This document shows positions 17,214 through 27,091 of a stretch of 42,542 nucleotides of DNA, piece by piece. The stretch is from a virus. A program made the translations under genes and the position numbers. Below the pieces are notes generated by a model. It was not told the DNA's origin. It saw only the letters and a program-made list of their open reading frames with translations, and did not search any database. Position 1 is the stretch's first letter, and the number at the start of each line of letters is the position of its first letter. The stretch spans positions 1 through 42,542 of IMG/VR virus record IMGVR_UViG_3300045988_144595. One strand, written 5' to 3'.

Positions 17214-17792
17214 ATGTCAATGACAATCAAGCGCAGAAAGGACATCGAGACACCTCGCGTCCTGATGCACAAAATCGCAGACATTCGCGGTGGCGTTAGC
17301 ATCGCCACCTCCGACCTCGGCGGTGACTATATACCCGAGGGTGCCGTCATCAGTGCAGCCGTCAATGGCGTTCGCCACGTTGTCAAGCTGGGCAAAGTGG
17401 CGAACGCTGTTGAGGCAGCTGCAACCGCCATAAAAGTATCCAAATATCACAACTTCAAGGTGGGCGACTTCGTACTCGCCAAGACCGGCGACAAGGCCGT
17501 GGCCATTACCGCAATCGACACGACAAACAAATCGTATGATACACTGACCATCGGCTCGGCGCTCGGCGCAATCGCCAAGGACGCCTACATCGCCGAAGCC
17601 GAAGCCGCAGCCACCGGCGCAGACTCCAGCAAATCGGCGCTGAAGTACGCCGCACAAGCCGTTGTCGGAACAGGCAAGGTCGCCGAAAGAGGTGACAATG
17701 TGATAACCGATGCCTGGGTTATCGGCGTGACCAAAGGCCTTGCGCTGCCCGACTTCATCGCCGACGGGCTCAAGGGTATTGTTAATATTTAA
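17214..17792 (+). CDS. Head decoration-like or accessory capsid protein (candidate).
   Basis: Ala-rich 192-aa ORF immediately upstream of an E-like capsid gene, analogous to the lambda D position. Confidence 0.4.
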   Translation: MSMTIKRRKDIETPRVLMHKIADIRGGVSIATSDLGGDYIPEGAVISAAVNGVRHVVKLGKVANAVEAAATAIKVSKYHNFKVGDFVLAKTGDKAVAITAIDTTNKSYDTLTIGSALGAIAKDAYIAEAEAAATGADSSKSALKYAAQAVVGTGKVAERGDNVITDAWVIGVTKGLALPDFIADGLKGIVNI

Positions 17793-17803
17793 TTTCAGAA
17801 AAA

Positions 17804-18907
17804 ATGAGCACTGGAACAGTAGTAAATTCACTTATATACGGCCTTTCGCAACAGATGGTGCAGGCTCGACTGAACACCATCGACACCAAGCCGTTCCTTT
17901 TTGGCACGTACTTTCCCGTTAAGAAAGTCACAGGTTTCAACTGGAACATGTTGACCAACCAAATCGCGAGACGCAACGTTGCAGCCGACCTCCACGCTGA
18001 TAACGGAACAATCCTGCGCAAGCGCCGTCCGATTTTCCAAAGCGCTAAGGGGGACATTCCATACATCTCCATATCGCGCGAGATGACGCGCTCGGAAATA
18101 AAAAGCTATCAGACCGAACTCGCCCTCGCCAAAGACGAGGACGCAACCAAGCTGGTGCAGTTTTGGGGTGAAGACGTAGATTTTTGCTTCAACGGCATAC
18201 AATCCGAGTTAGAATATATCGCGTGGGCATTGGCATCCAACGCAGGCGTTCTGCATTTCGACACCGCCAACAACGCGACCTTTGCGAATGAGTTCGACCT
18301 TGATTATGACGTTGACGCAGAGCAAAAGCTGGCAACCACCTCGGACTGGGGAAACAGAACCTCCGCCGATGTTATCGGCGACCTTGTAACCATAATCCGA
18401 GCCGCGAAAGCCAAAGGGCTGAACCCCAAGTTCGCCTTTGTCAACCTCAACGAGCTGTATCGCATAGCCTCGACAGACCAAGTCATCAAGGCCTGCGCAT
18501 CATTTGCCGCCAACGCCCTGGGCGTACAGCAGACGCCGACACTTGAGCAAATCAACACAATGCTCGGACAACAGGCATGGCTCAACGGCTTGCAGCTGCG
18601 CGTGATAGACCAAGACGTGACGCGCGAGTTTGCCGACGGCACATCGACCACCGGCAATCCGTTTGCGGACAACCGCCTCATCCTTTCCGAGACCGAGCGC
18701 CTCGGCAGCACGCAGTACGACATCCTCAATGATGCCAACGCCAACGCATGCATCCTCCGCGCCGAGCGTGCGCATACCGTTGTCAAGAAGTACGGAACGA
18801 TTGAGCCGACCAGCGAAGTCACCATCGGCGAGGCTGACGCGATACCCGTACTTGACACTGCATATCGCAATATTTACGTACGCACCGACAAGACCGAATG
18901 GTCTTGA
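17804..18907 (+). CDS. Major capsid protein (lambda gpE-like family).
   Basis: 367 aa. The N-terminal KPFLFGTYFPVKKV segment and overall length and position resemble Phage_cap_E proteins. Confidence 0.8.
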   Translation: MSTGTVVNSLIYGLSQQMVQARLNTIDTKPFLFGTYFPVKKVTGFNWNMLTNQIARRNVAADLHADNGTILRKRRPIFQSAKGDIPYISISREMTRSEIKSYQTELALAKDEDATKLVQFWGEDVDFCFNGIQSELEYIAWALASNAGVLHFDTANNATFANEFDLDYDVDAEQKLATTSDWGNRTSADVIGDLVTIIRAAKAKGLNPKFAFVNLNELYRIASTDQVIKACASFAANALGVQQTPTLEQINTMLGQQAWLNGLQLRVIDQDVTREFADGTSTTGNPFADNRLILSETERLGSTQYDILNDANANACILRAERAHTVVKKYGTIEPTSEVTIGEADAIPVLDTAYRNIYVRTDKTEWS

Positions 18908-18924
18908 CCTGACGACTGGCCGCG

Positions 18925-19257
18925 ATGACAATCCTCGACGCACTCCGAAGCGTAAGCGCCTACCCGATACCGCTGCGGACTCTTTCCGATACCGCAGAAT
19001 TTCGTGGGGTGGAGCTCGAAGCCACAGCCACAGCACAGGTGATGACGACCAAGGCCTACCGCCTTGCCAAAGCAGACCTGCTGCTTTGGCTGGCCTTCGC
19101 GCCGAACATCTCGCAAGGAGGGCAAAGCTACTCTTTTGATGCAGCGCAGCGCCTCGAATTTCGCCGCCGCGCCAACGCGATATATAAAGAGCTTGAGCCG
19201 GACAAAGAGGATGCCGCCATATGCGCAACTTTTGGCTATAAAGGAGACCGGCTATGA
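18925..19257 (+). CDS. Head-tail connector/adaptor (candidate).
   Basis: 110-aa ORF directly after the capsid gene. Confidence 0.5.
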   Translation: MTILDALRSVSAYPIPLRTLSDTAEFRGVELEATATAQVMTTKAYRLAKADLLLWLAFAPNISQGGQSYSFDAAQRLEFRRRANAIYKELEPDKEDAAICATFGYKGDRL

Positions 19258-19580
19258 TTATTCAGAACGGAACAATCGAATTTAAGGCCAAGACCGCCGG
19301 CGGCATAGACCCTGAAACAGGCTATCCGACAGCCGCGACCGCAGGGTGGAGCGAACCGATACCTTGCCAGTGGTTGCCAAAATACAGCAACCTACTGGCG
19401 AGGATACTCGGGGAACGCTTCGAGCAAGCAGCCTACGAGGTCTTGCTCGAGGAGCAGCCGCTGCCCGATAGCGAGCAAGTCAGACTGACGGACGCCGATG
19501 GCGAGAGCATCGGGGAGTTTTCCCTGCGCTCGCGTCCCGAGCGCCTCGAAGCCGTAGGATTAATCCGCCTAATGTTTTAA
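19254..19580 (+). CDS. Head closure/adaptor protein (candidate).
   Basis: 108-aa ORF with ATGA overlap in the neck module. Confidence 0.5.
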   Translation: MIIQNGTIEFKAKTAGGIDPETGYPTAATAGWSEPIPCQWLPKYSNLLARILGERFEQAAYEVLLEEQPLPDSEQVRLTDADGESIGEFSLRSRPERLEAVGLIRLMF

Positions 19581-19583
19581 GCC

Positions 19584-20021
19584 TTGGCAATTGAGCAGAC
19601 CACGCCGCAGGCCGAGATTGACGCTTACCTCGAGTGGCAGCTCAATCGGCGAATGCAAGCCACCATCCGCGCAATGCAGTATGTGGGTGAAGCGTGCCTC
19701 AACGCAGCTCGGGCGTCAAAGGCTTATAAAGACCAGACGGGGAACTTGCGAAGTTCGGTCGGCTATGTAATCAGCGTTGACGGAAAAATCGTGGAGGAAA
19801 GCTCGTTTGCAGTCGTGGCCAACGGTAGCGCCGGCGCGAAAGATGGCGCAGAATATGCCAAGAAACTCGCTCGGCAATACCCGAAAGGCATCACCTTGAT
19901 AATGGTCGCAGGAATGGATTATGCCGCATACGTATCGGCGACAGGCCGCGACGTTCTCGACAGCGCGGAACTACTCGCGCAGTCGCTCGTACCTAAATTA
20001 TTGAAGCAACTCGGAATTTAA
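19584..20021 (+). CDS. HK97 gp10-like neck/tail-completion protein (TTG start).
   Basis: GNLRSSVGYVISVDGK...AEYAKKLARQYPKG...GMDYAAYV resembles the HK97 gp10 family. Confidence 0.6.
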   Translation: MAIEQTTPQAEIDAYLEWQLNRRMQATIRAMQYVGEACLNAARASKAYKDQTGNLRSSVGYVISVDGKIVEESSFAVVANGSAGAKDGAEYAKKLARQYPKGITLIMVAGMDYAAYVSATGRDVLDSAELLAQSLVPKLLKQLGI

Positions 20022-20026
20022 TAGCA

Positions 20027-20449
20027 ATGACGAAGACAGGCAAGCAGGTACAGACGGACATCCGCCGAATGCTCCTCGGCTCGGCACTCGCCGAAGCCGT
20101 CAGCGGTAGCGTATACCGCAACGGCTACCGACCGCGAGACAGCCGAATGGAGGACATCGTCGTGACGTTCACAGCAGGCCTTGCCGAGCAGATACAGACG
20201 GGAGTCGTGACCGTTGATATCTACATTCCCGACATTGACTCTGACGCGAACGGAACGTGGGTCGAAGACGGGCGCCGCACCGAAGCGCTCGAAGCAGCTG
20301 CCCAAGCGTGGGCGGATAGCTTGACGACCAAGGCCGCCGGCGGCTACAAATTCCGATTGCAACAAACAATTTACACCGAAGCCGCCGAAGACATTCGACA
20401 GCATTTTGTCGTTGTAAAACTCGCGTATGAGTATTTCGGCGAAGACTAA
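20027..20449 (+). CDS. Tail terminator/tail completion protein (candidate).
   Basis: 140-aa ORF between the gp10-like gene and the major tail gene. Confidence 0.45.
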   Translation: MTKTGKQVQTDIRRMLLGSALAEAVSGSVYRNGYRPRDSRMEDIVVTFTAGLAEQIQTGVVTVDIYIPDIDSDANGTWVEDGRRTEALEAAAQAWADSLTTKAAGGYKFRLQQTIYTEAAEDIRQHFVVVKLAYEYFGED

Positions 20450-20478
20450 TTTATTAACATTTTCAAAATCTTAGATTT

Positions 20479-20943
20479 ATGGCAATACTTTCGTGGGGCA
20501 AACCCACAATCGAAACAGCCGCGTCCACCGACGGCGCTCCGGGCGCTTCCGCATCGTGGAAAGCCATCGACACACCGAAAGATGGGACGACACAGCTCAC
20601 AACAACCGCCGGCACGGAAACCGAGGCCGTAGAGGAGGGAGGCGAGGTCGTAGACAGCCGCACCGGCAAGAACAAGTACCAGCTCGAATTTGACCTTTTC
20701 GTTAAAAAAGACGTTGAGCCACCGTTCGAGGACACCGATGGTGTTATCGTCGGCGAGCATGCTATCCGCGTCACACCCGAGGACGACACTTGCAAGGGCA
20801 TTCTCATAGACCGCTGCACCATCCGCGCCGAGCATAGCTACACCACCGCCGATGGAGCTATCATCAAGTACATTTGCAAAGTCTTGAAGCCCAAGACCGG
20901 CAAGATGGTCAAGGAATACAAAAAGGCGAACCCTGGCGGTTGA
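20479..20943 (+). CDS. Major tail protein (candidate).
   Basis: 154-aa ORF in the slot before the chaperone and tape measure genes. Confidence 0.55.
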   Translation: MAILSWGKPTIETAASTDGAPGASASWKAIDTPKDGTTQLTTTAGTETEAVEEGGEVVDSRTGKNKYQLEFDLFVKKDVEPPFEDTDGVIVGEHAIRVTPEDDTCKGILIDRCTIRAEHSYTTADGAIIKYICKVLKPKTGKMVKEYKKANPGG

Positions 20944-20953
20944 CGCACGACGT

Positions 20954-21025
20954 AGCGAGGTAGGACAACAGGCAGTCCGCCGCACAAATAGCGCGGAGAT
21001 GTGAGTTCAAGTCTCGCCCTCGCAC
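20954..21025 (+). ncRNA. tRNA-shaped element with a non-canonical anticodon loop and no encoded CCA.
   Basis: Acceptor AGCGAGG/CCTCGCA (6 bp plus an A-A pair). D-arm GGAC-AACAGGCA-GTCC. T-arm GTGAG-TTCAAGT-CTCGC. Anticodon stem CCGC(A)/(C)GCGG with loop CAAATAG, which lacks U33. Confidence 0.45.
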
Positions 21026-21055
21026 CTAATAAAACACCTAATAAAAATTGACGAT

Positions 21056-21583
21056 ATGAAAACGATAGAACAGAAGACCGCAGAGACGCTGCTCCAGCAG
21101 CCGGAAGCCGTCAATGTGGGAGGAAAAACATATATGATTGCACCGCCGAGCATCGCGACACTCGTGCTGGCTTCGCGGTGCATCGCGGAGCTTCCGCACA
21201 TCCGCCTTGACCAAGACCGCGTGCTTGAAAGTTCGCTGGCAATAGCCAAGAACTGCGAGAACATAGGCGACATTGCCGCTATACTGATACTCGGCGCAAA
21301 GCGCTGTTTTGAGCCAAAGACGATTATCCGCAGAGAATCGAAGCGCGTACTTTGGGGATTATTCCATTTTTCGTATCGAAAGGCCGAAACCATCACGCGC
21401 CGAGAAGCACTCGCGCGTGAATTGATGGAAAATCTTACGCCGCAGCAGATGCACAAACTTATCGGCCAAGCGCTACTAAAAATGCAGGTCGGCGATTTTT
21501 TCGGTCTTACCACTTTCCTGACCGAAATCAATCTGACGAGGCCGACGAAAGTGGAAACCGGAGCGATAGCGTCTGGGCGATAG
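21056..21583 (+). CDS. Tail assembly chaperone (gpG-like, zero-frame product).
   Basis: 175-aa ORF immediately upstream of the tape measure gene. Confidence 0.7.
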   Translation: MKTIEQKTAETLLQQPEAVNVGGKTYMIAPPSIATLVLASRCIAELPHIRLDQDRVLESSLAIAKNCENIGDIAAILILGAKRCFEPKTIIRRESKRVLWGLFHFSYRKAETITRREALARELMENLTPQQMHKLIGQALLKMQVGDFFGLTTFLTEINLTRPTKVETGAIASGR

Positions 21584-21795
21584 TTGCCGGCACTGCAAAG
21601 GCGTTCGGCCTGCCGATAGAATATGTGCTTTATGAAATGAGCTATGCCAATCTCATCCTTTATGGTGCAAGCCTGCCGACCTATTCAAGCAAAAAGGATA
21701 AAAACAAAAGCCGAAGCCAAGACGAAGAAATAATAAAAGCGGACGACCCTCGAAACAACGACCGAGTGCAGGCGTTTCTTGATGCGGTCGACTAA
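21056..21795 (+). CDS. Tail assembly chaperone -1 frameshift fusion (gpGT-like).
   Basis: The -1 frame is open from 21427 to the TAA at 21793-21795. Slippery T_TTT_TTC at 21496-21502. The extension ends 12 nt before the tape measure start. Confidence 0.65.
21496..21502 (+). other. Slippery heptamer T TTT TTC (X XXY YYZ) for -1 programmed frameshifting.
   Basis: The zero-frame codons GAT TTT TTC were read directly. Confidence 0.65.
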
Positions 21796-21807
21796 ACCAA
21801 AAAAACA

Positions 21808-24800
21808 ATGCAGAACGACAAAGGCAAAATCAGTTTCGCCACCGGCATAGACAACTCGCAGTTGCAAGCGGACGCACAACGTGCACGCGACATCCTCCAT
21901 GGCATAGGCGACACCGCCAAGCAGGAGGGTGCAGGCATTGACTCGGCATTCTCAAAGGTTGCCAAAACCATCGGCGGCATTTTTGCAGTCAAGGGTATAG
22001 CCGATTTTGCCAAGTCCATAGTTTCGGTGCGCAGCGAGGTTCAATCTTTGCAAATATCGTTCGAGACGCTTCTCGGCAGCAAAGATAAGGCCACCGCGCT
22101 ATTTGGCGAAATACGCAAATTCGCTGCCAACACGCCAATGATGCTCAAAGACCTTGCGAGCGGTGCGCAGACGATGCTGGCCTTCAATATCTCCGCAGAA
22201 AAGGTCATGCCGATGCTTCACGCCATCGGCGATATTAGCATGGGCGACGCGCAGAAGTTCGGGTCGCTAACGCTGGCATTTTCGCAGATGAGCGCAACCG
22301 GCAAGCTCATGGGACAGGACTTGTTGCAAATGATTAATGCAGGTTTTAATCCGCTCGCGGAAATCAGCGCGAAGACCGGCAAGACTATCGGCGAGCTCAA
22401 GGAGGAGATGGAGAAAGGGAAAATCTCCGTTGACATGGTTACGGATGCCTTTCTTTCGGCCACCACCGAGGGCGGAAAGTTTCACGGAATGCTTGAAAAG
22501 CAAAGCCACGGTATCGCCGGTGCGATGTCGAACCTGCAAGGAGCGGTGGACGATATGTTCAACGACATCGGCGAGGCTTCCGAGGGCATTATTGCCGGTG
22601 CTATTTCAGGCGCGACATACGTTGTCAAGCATTACCAGGAGGTGGGAGAGGCGCTGGCAGTTGCAGCCGCGATGTATGGCACATATAAAGCTGCGGTAAT
22701 GGCGACCGTGGCCGTAGAAACAGCCGCCGCAGGAGCGAGCGCCGCGAAAATGGCCGCAATACAAGCCGAGCTCGCAGCCGTGGGCGTACTCACCGGCGAG
22801 AGCAAGCTGTCGGCAGACGCGGACATCGCCGCCGCCGTAGCAAAAGGAACGCTCACAGAAGCCGAGGGGTTGCAAATACTCGCGCTCAAGCAGGAGGCTG
22901 CCGCTCGCGTTGCTGCGCTAAACCTTGCGGCAGAGCAAGCCGCAGCTTCCTTACTCGCCGCGAGAGCAGCGCACAAGGAAGCCGAAGCAAGGGTATTTGC
23001 CTCAGCGCAAGTCGTTGCAAACGCACAAGCCGAACTCGCAGCAGCCACTGCCAAAGGCGATATGTTTGTAATCAACGCCGCCAAGCAAAATCTCGAAACC
23101 GCCGCAGCCGAGCGAGATACAGCCGTCAAGCAAGCCAACGCAGCAGCCGAAGTTGAGCGGACAGCAGCAAAGCGTGCCTCAACAACCGCATCAGCCGCGC
23201 AGACCGCGCAGACAGAACTGGAAACCGTCAACACGCAGGTCAATACTATTGCGCAGGAGACGAACTCCAAGGCCACCACCGTGCTCGCAGCAGCCAAAGC
23301 TAAACTAATAGGCGTAATAAAAAAACTTTGGGCAGCGCTGACGGCACATCCGTTTGCGCTCGTTGCCGCTGCGGTCATCGGCGCGGCTTACGCCATATAC
23401 AAGTTTATCACTGCAGAGAGCGACGCCGAAGCAGCGCAGCGCAAGCTCCACGAAACCATCGACGAGTGCAATCGCAGTATCGCATCAGAGCGTGTACAGA
23501 TAGACACGCTTTTTAATCGTTTGCGCCGGGCGAAGAAAGGAACAGAAGAATACAAGACTGCCAAAGAGGCCATCATTAGCCAATATGGGCAATATCTTCA
23601 AGGTCTAAGCGCGGAAGTCCAGTCTTTGCAAGACGTGGAGGCAGCGTACAAAGCTATCACCGCAGCAGCGCTTGAAGCTGCACGCGCTCGCGCCTTAGAA
23701 AAGGCGACAAAGGACGCCGGCGATACCTATGCCGAAAAAGAAACCGATGCGTATGAACGCATTGAAGACGCACTCAAAGACGCATACGGAGAAACGCCGA
23801 GAAAGGGAGGAGGAAAGGCCTGGGAGTATTGGTATGGCGTGATAAAAGAACAGCTCGAAAATGGCAAGACCGATAAATATGGTTTACACGATTTCGAAAA
23901 AGACAGCGCCTGGATAAACAACTTCAAGAAAAGAGGCGGCGAATACGGTAAGATATCGTGGGCTATTATAGACCTTGAGAAAGCGAAAAAAACGCTTAAC
24001 GACACCATCGCTGAAGCAGAACGGCACCTCGGCGGAGGAAGCGCAGCCAAGACAGCCTCCAAGCCCGAAGAAAAGAAAGAAAAATCGAGAACCGAATATA
24101 ACGCAAACGATTGGGAAAAATATAAAAAACAGAAAGAAGACGAGTACAAGGCTCTGACCGAAGCCGAGCGCACCTCGGCGAAAGGCCGGAAAATTAAGCA
24201 GGAAATCGCAGAAGCCGACAAGAAACTCAAGGGCTGGGATACCGGAACGAGCGGAACACGCACAGGCGGAGGCGCGACCAGCGACGCTGCGCAGATTGCA
24301 CGCGAGACCGCCGAGCGCACGCAGCGCATCAAAGACTCCGCCGAGGCTATCAAGCAGGCGCAGCGCGAAGCCGAGCTGGACATCCGGCAGGAGGAAATCA
24401 ACCTCATGCAAGACGGAGTGGATAAAGAACTGGCGCAAAACGAACTGAATTATCAGAGACTCGAAAACGCCAACATTCAGCGCCGCAATGAAATGCTTGA
24501 AAAAATACGCGACATCAAGGAGCTGGAGTGGGAAAACGCGAACCCGAAAGCCAAGAAAGAGGGGAAAACGTTCGACCGCTCATCAATCGGCGATGATTAT
24601 ATTTCACAAGCCAATATCGACAACCTCCGCGCTGCCGGGAACGAAGCCGAAGCGAAGCAGTTGGAAGATATGCTGCGCCAATTGCAGGAGTATGAACGCA
24701 TCGCCGGCCAAATTCGCGACAAGGGCAACCGCGAAGTGCTGGAGAAGATGCTCGCAGACGTTTTGACATATCAACAGCAGCGCGAAAAAATCGAAAAAGA

Positions 24801-26595
24801 GTACGCCGCCAAGCGTGCCAACCTATACACCACCGACAAGGACGGGAACAAGACGTTGCGCAATGGCGTGACGCAGGGCAACCTTGATGAGTTGCAGCTG
24901 CAGGAGACCAAGGCGCTCGAAGCCGTAGACGAGCAGTTCGCACAACGCGAAGAAACATATCAGTCGTGGTGTTCGCAGATAGCGAGCATCACGCTTGACG
25001 AGTTGACCAAAGTGCTTCAAGAGGCGCAGACGCAGCTGGACGCGCTCGAAAAGAGTGGTAATGCAGACCCTCAGCAATTGGCCGTTGCTCGCGCTAAGGT
25101 AGCCAAGGCGCAGGACGAACTCAACAAGCGCAACGCGAACAAAAATACGAACCTTTCGCCGGGCAAACGCTCAGTGAAAGAGTGGGAAGACCTATACAAG
25201 ACGCTGTCGGAGGTCGAGAAAGAGTTTGTAGACCTCGGCAAGACCGTGGGCGGAACGCTCGGCGACATCATAAGCATCTGCGGCTCGTTCGCGACATCGA
25301 CGCTGACGATGATTAACGGCATCATGACACTGGCGCAATGGTCGACACGCGCCACCGAGATGGCCGCTCAAGGTGCATCAAAGGCGATACAGCAGGTAGA
25401 AAAAGCCTCGGTAATACTTACCATCATATCCGCCTCGCTGCAAATCGCAATGCAGATTGCGAACCTTTTCAATAACGACGCGCAGAAGCAGAAAGAAATC
25501 GAAGCGCTACAGAACCGCATCGACCAATTGCAATGGGAGTTGGACAACGCCGACACCCTGCGGTGGCAACGCGAGTACGGCAGCGCGCTTGTTATTGTAA
25601 ATAAAGCGCTGGGCGAGGCACGCACCGCAATTGCAGCCAACAGCCGAGGCTGGGGCAAGCTCGTGGCACAGACAGCAAGAGCATCGAAGAACGCCTCAGT
25701 CATGGCAGACACGGTCGACCGCATAGCCAAAGCTTACGCGAATATGTCCTACACAGCCGACAAGGCGCTCGGCGCGGATAAATTCTCGGGCGCAATAGAC
25801 AAACTGCGCAACATCGCGCAACAGCAAGTCCTAATAAACGAACAGATAGAGCTCGAAGCATCGAAGAAAGACAAAGACAGCTCCAAAATCGCCGATTGGA
25901 AACAGAAGATAGAGGAACTCGGGCAGGACGCGCTCGACATCATAAACGAGATGGTCGAAGACATCATCGGCGACACCTCCAGTGGCATTGCAGAAGAACT
26001 CGCGAATGCATTCTTTGATGCTTTCGAAGCCGGCGAGGACGCGGCGCAGGCGTGGGGAGACAAAGTCAACGAGATAGTCGCCGACGTCCTCAAGCGCATG
26101 TTGATATCCAAATTCCTCGAAGAACCACTCGGCAAGGTTTTAGACAAATACAAGTCGAAGTGGTTCAAGGATGGCGAATTTATGGGCATTGACAACGTAA
26201 TCAAATCGATGCAGAGCTTCGGCGACGACCTCAACAACGTAGGGACGAACTGGAACGCGATATGGGACGTGCTGCCCGACACGCTCAAGGAGACGATGAA
26301 GAACGCATCGCAGAGTGCGCGAGAGGGCGCCTCGGAGGGCATAGCGCAGGCTTCGCAGGACAGCGTGGACGAACTCAACGGACGCGCCACAGCCATACAA
26401 TCGCACACATACAGCATCAGCGAAAACACCAAGCTGCTGCTCAACAACACCAACTCGATTTTGCAAAGTGTGATGCACATCGAGAGCGAAACCGATGGCA
26501 TGAGCGCTCGGCTCGCACGTATAGAGACACAGACAAAGACCATGGGTGACACGCTGGACGACATAGCACTTCGCGGAATTAAGCTAAAAAATTGA
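21808..26595 (+). CDS. Tail tape measure protein.
   Basis: 1595 aa. Long Ala/Glu/Lys-rich coiled-coil regions. Canonical position after the frameshifting chaperone. Confidence 0.9.
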   Translation: MQNDKGKISFATGIDNSQLQADAQRARDILHGIGDTAKQEGAGIDSAFSKVAKTIGGIFAVKGIADFAKSIVSVRSEVQSLQISFETLLGSKDKATALFGEIRKFAANTPMMLKDLASGAQTMLAFNISAEKVMPMLHAIGDISMGDAQKFGSLTLAFSQMSATGKLMGQDLLQMINAGFNPLAEISAKTGKTIGELKEEMEKGKISVDMVTDAFLSATTEGGKFHGMLEKQSHGIAGAMSNLQGAVDDMFNDIGEASEGIIAGAISGATYVVKHYQEVGEALAVAAAMYGTYKAAVMATVAVETAAAGASAAKMAAIQAELAAVGVLTGESKLSADADIAAAVAKGTLTEAEGLQILALKQEAAARVAALNLAAEQAAASLLAARAAHKEAEARVFASAQVVANAQAELAAATAKGDMFVINAAKQNLETAAAERDTAVKQANAAAEVERTAAKRASTTASAAQTAQTELETVNTQVNTIAQETNSKATTVLAAAKAKLIGVIKKLWAALTAHPFALVAAAVIGAAYAIYKFITAESDAEAAQRKLHETIDECNRSIASERVQIDTLFNRLRRAKKGTEEYKTAKEAIISQYGQYLQGLSAEVQSLQDVEAAYKAITAAALEAARARALEKATKDAGDTYAEKETDAYERIEDALKDAYGETPRKGGGKAWEYWYGVIKEQLENGKTDKYGLHDFEKDSAWINNFKKRGGEYGKISWAIIDLEKAKKTLNDTIAEAERHLGGGSAAKTASKPEEKKEKSRTEYNANDWEKYKKQKEDEYKALTEAERTSAKGRKIKQEIAEADKKLKGWDTGTSGTRTGGGATSDAAQIARETAERTQRIKDSAEAIKQAQREAELDIRQEEINLMQDGVDKELAQNELNYQRLENANIQRRNEMLEKIRDIKELEWENANPKAKKEGKTFDRSSIGDDYISQANIDNLRAAGNEAEAKQLEDMLRQLQEYERIAGQIRDKGNREVLEKMLADVLTYQQQREKIEKEYAAKRANLYTTDKDGNKTLRNGVTQGNLDELQLQETKALEAVDEQFAQREETYQSWCSQIASITLDELTKVLQEAQTQLDALEKSGNADPQQLAVARAKVAKAQDELNKRNANKNTNLSPGKRSVKEWEDLYKTLSEVEKEFVDLGKTVGGTLGDIISICGSFATSTLTMINGIMTLAQWSTRATEMAAQGASKAIQQVEKASVILTIISASLQIAMQIANLFNNDAQKQKEIEALQNRIDQLQWELDNADTLRWQREYGSALVIVNKALGEARTAIAANSRGWGKLVAQTARASKNASVMADTVDRIAKAYANMSYTADKALGADKFSGAIDKLRNIAQQQVLINEQIELEASKKDKDSSKIADWKQKIEELGQDALDIINEMVEDIIGDTSSGIAEELANAFFDAFEAGEDAAQAWGDKVNEIVADVLKRMLISKFLEEPLGKVLDKYKSKWFKDGEFMGIDNVIKSMQSFGDDLNNVGTNWNAIWDVLPDTLKETMKNASQSAREGASEGIAQASQDSVDELNGRATAIQSHTYSISENTKLLLNNTNSILQSVMHIESETDGMSARLARIETQTKTMGDTLDDIALRGIKLKN

Positions 26596-26599
26596 TATT

Positions 26600-27091
26600 A
26601 TGGACTACAACGAATTACTCCGCAACACATACGCGCAGTGGCGAGCCGCCAAAGAGCTGCGCCGCATTCATTGCGAGCGATGCAACCGCGAAGACGTTGC
26701 GCAGCAGCTCGCCATGTGCGAGCTTTTCAAGGGGACGGAGACAGTCGAGGAGTTGGCCAAAGTATTCACTTCGCCGCAAGGCACCGAATTTTGCCTTGCG
26801 ACAGGCTTTCCAAATATCGCGACATTTCGCCTTTTCAAAAGCTTCAACCCGGAGCGTTTCGGCATCTATATAGACGCAGGAACGATAACGCTACACAATC
26901 CGGAGACCGCAGTGCTTATCGGGCGCACAAGCGCGACCATACGCTGCGACAGCTGCAGCCGGCATGACATCATAGCCATGCACGGAGGGACAGCCACCGT
27001 GCTCGCATCCAAATGGGCGGTAGTGCGCGTTCAAGCCGGCGCAGGCTCAAATATTGTTCGCCGTACAACAGATAATGCCGTGATACTATGA
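26600..27091 (+). CDS. Hypothetical tail-module protein (two CxxC pairs).
   Basis: 163-aa ORF containing HCERCN and RCDSCS. Confidence 0.5.
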   Translation: MDYNELLRNTYAQWRAAKELRRIHCERCNREDVAQQLAMCELFKGTETVEELAKVFTSPQGTEFCLATGFPNIATFRLFKSFNPERFGIYIDAGTITLHNPETAVLIGRTSATIRCDSCSRHDIIAMHGGTATVLASKWAVVRVQAGAGSNIVRRTTDNAVIL

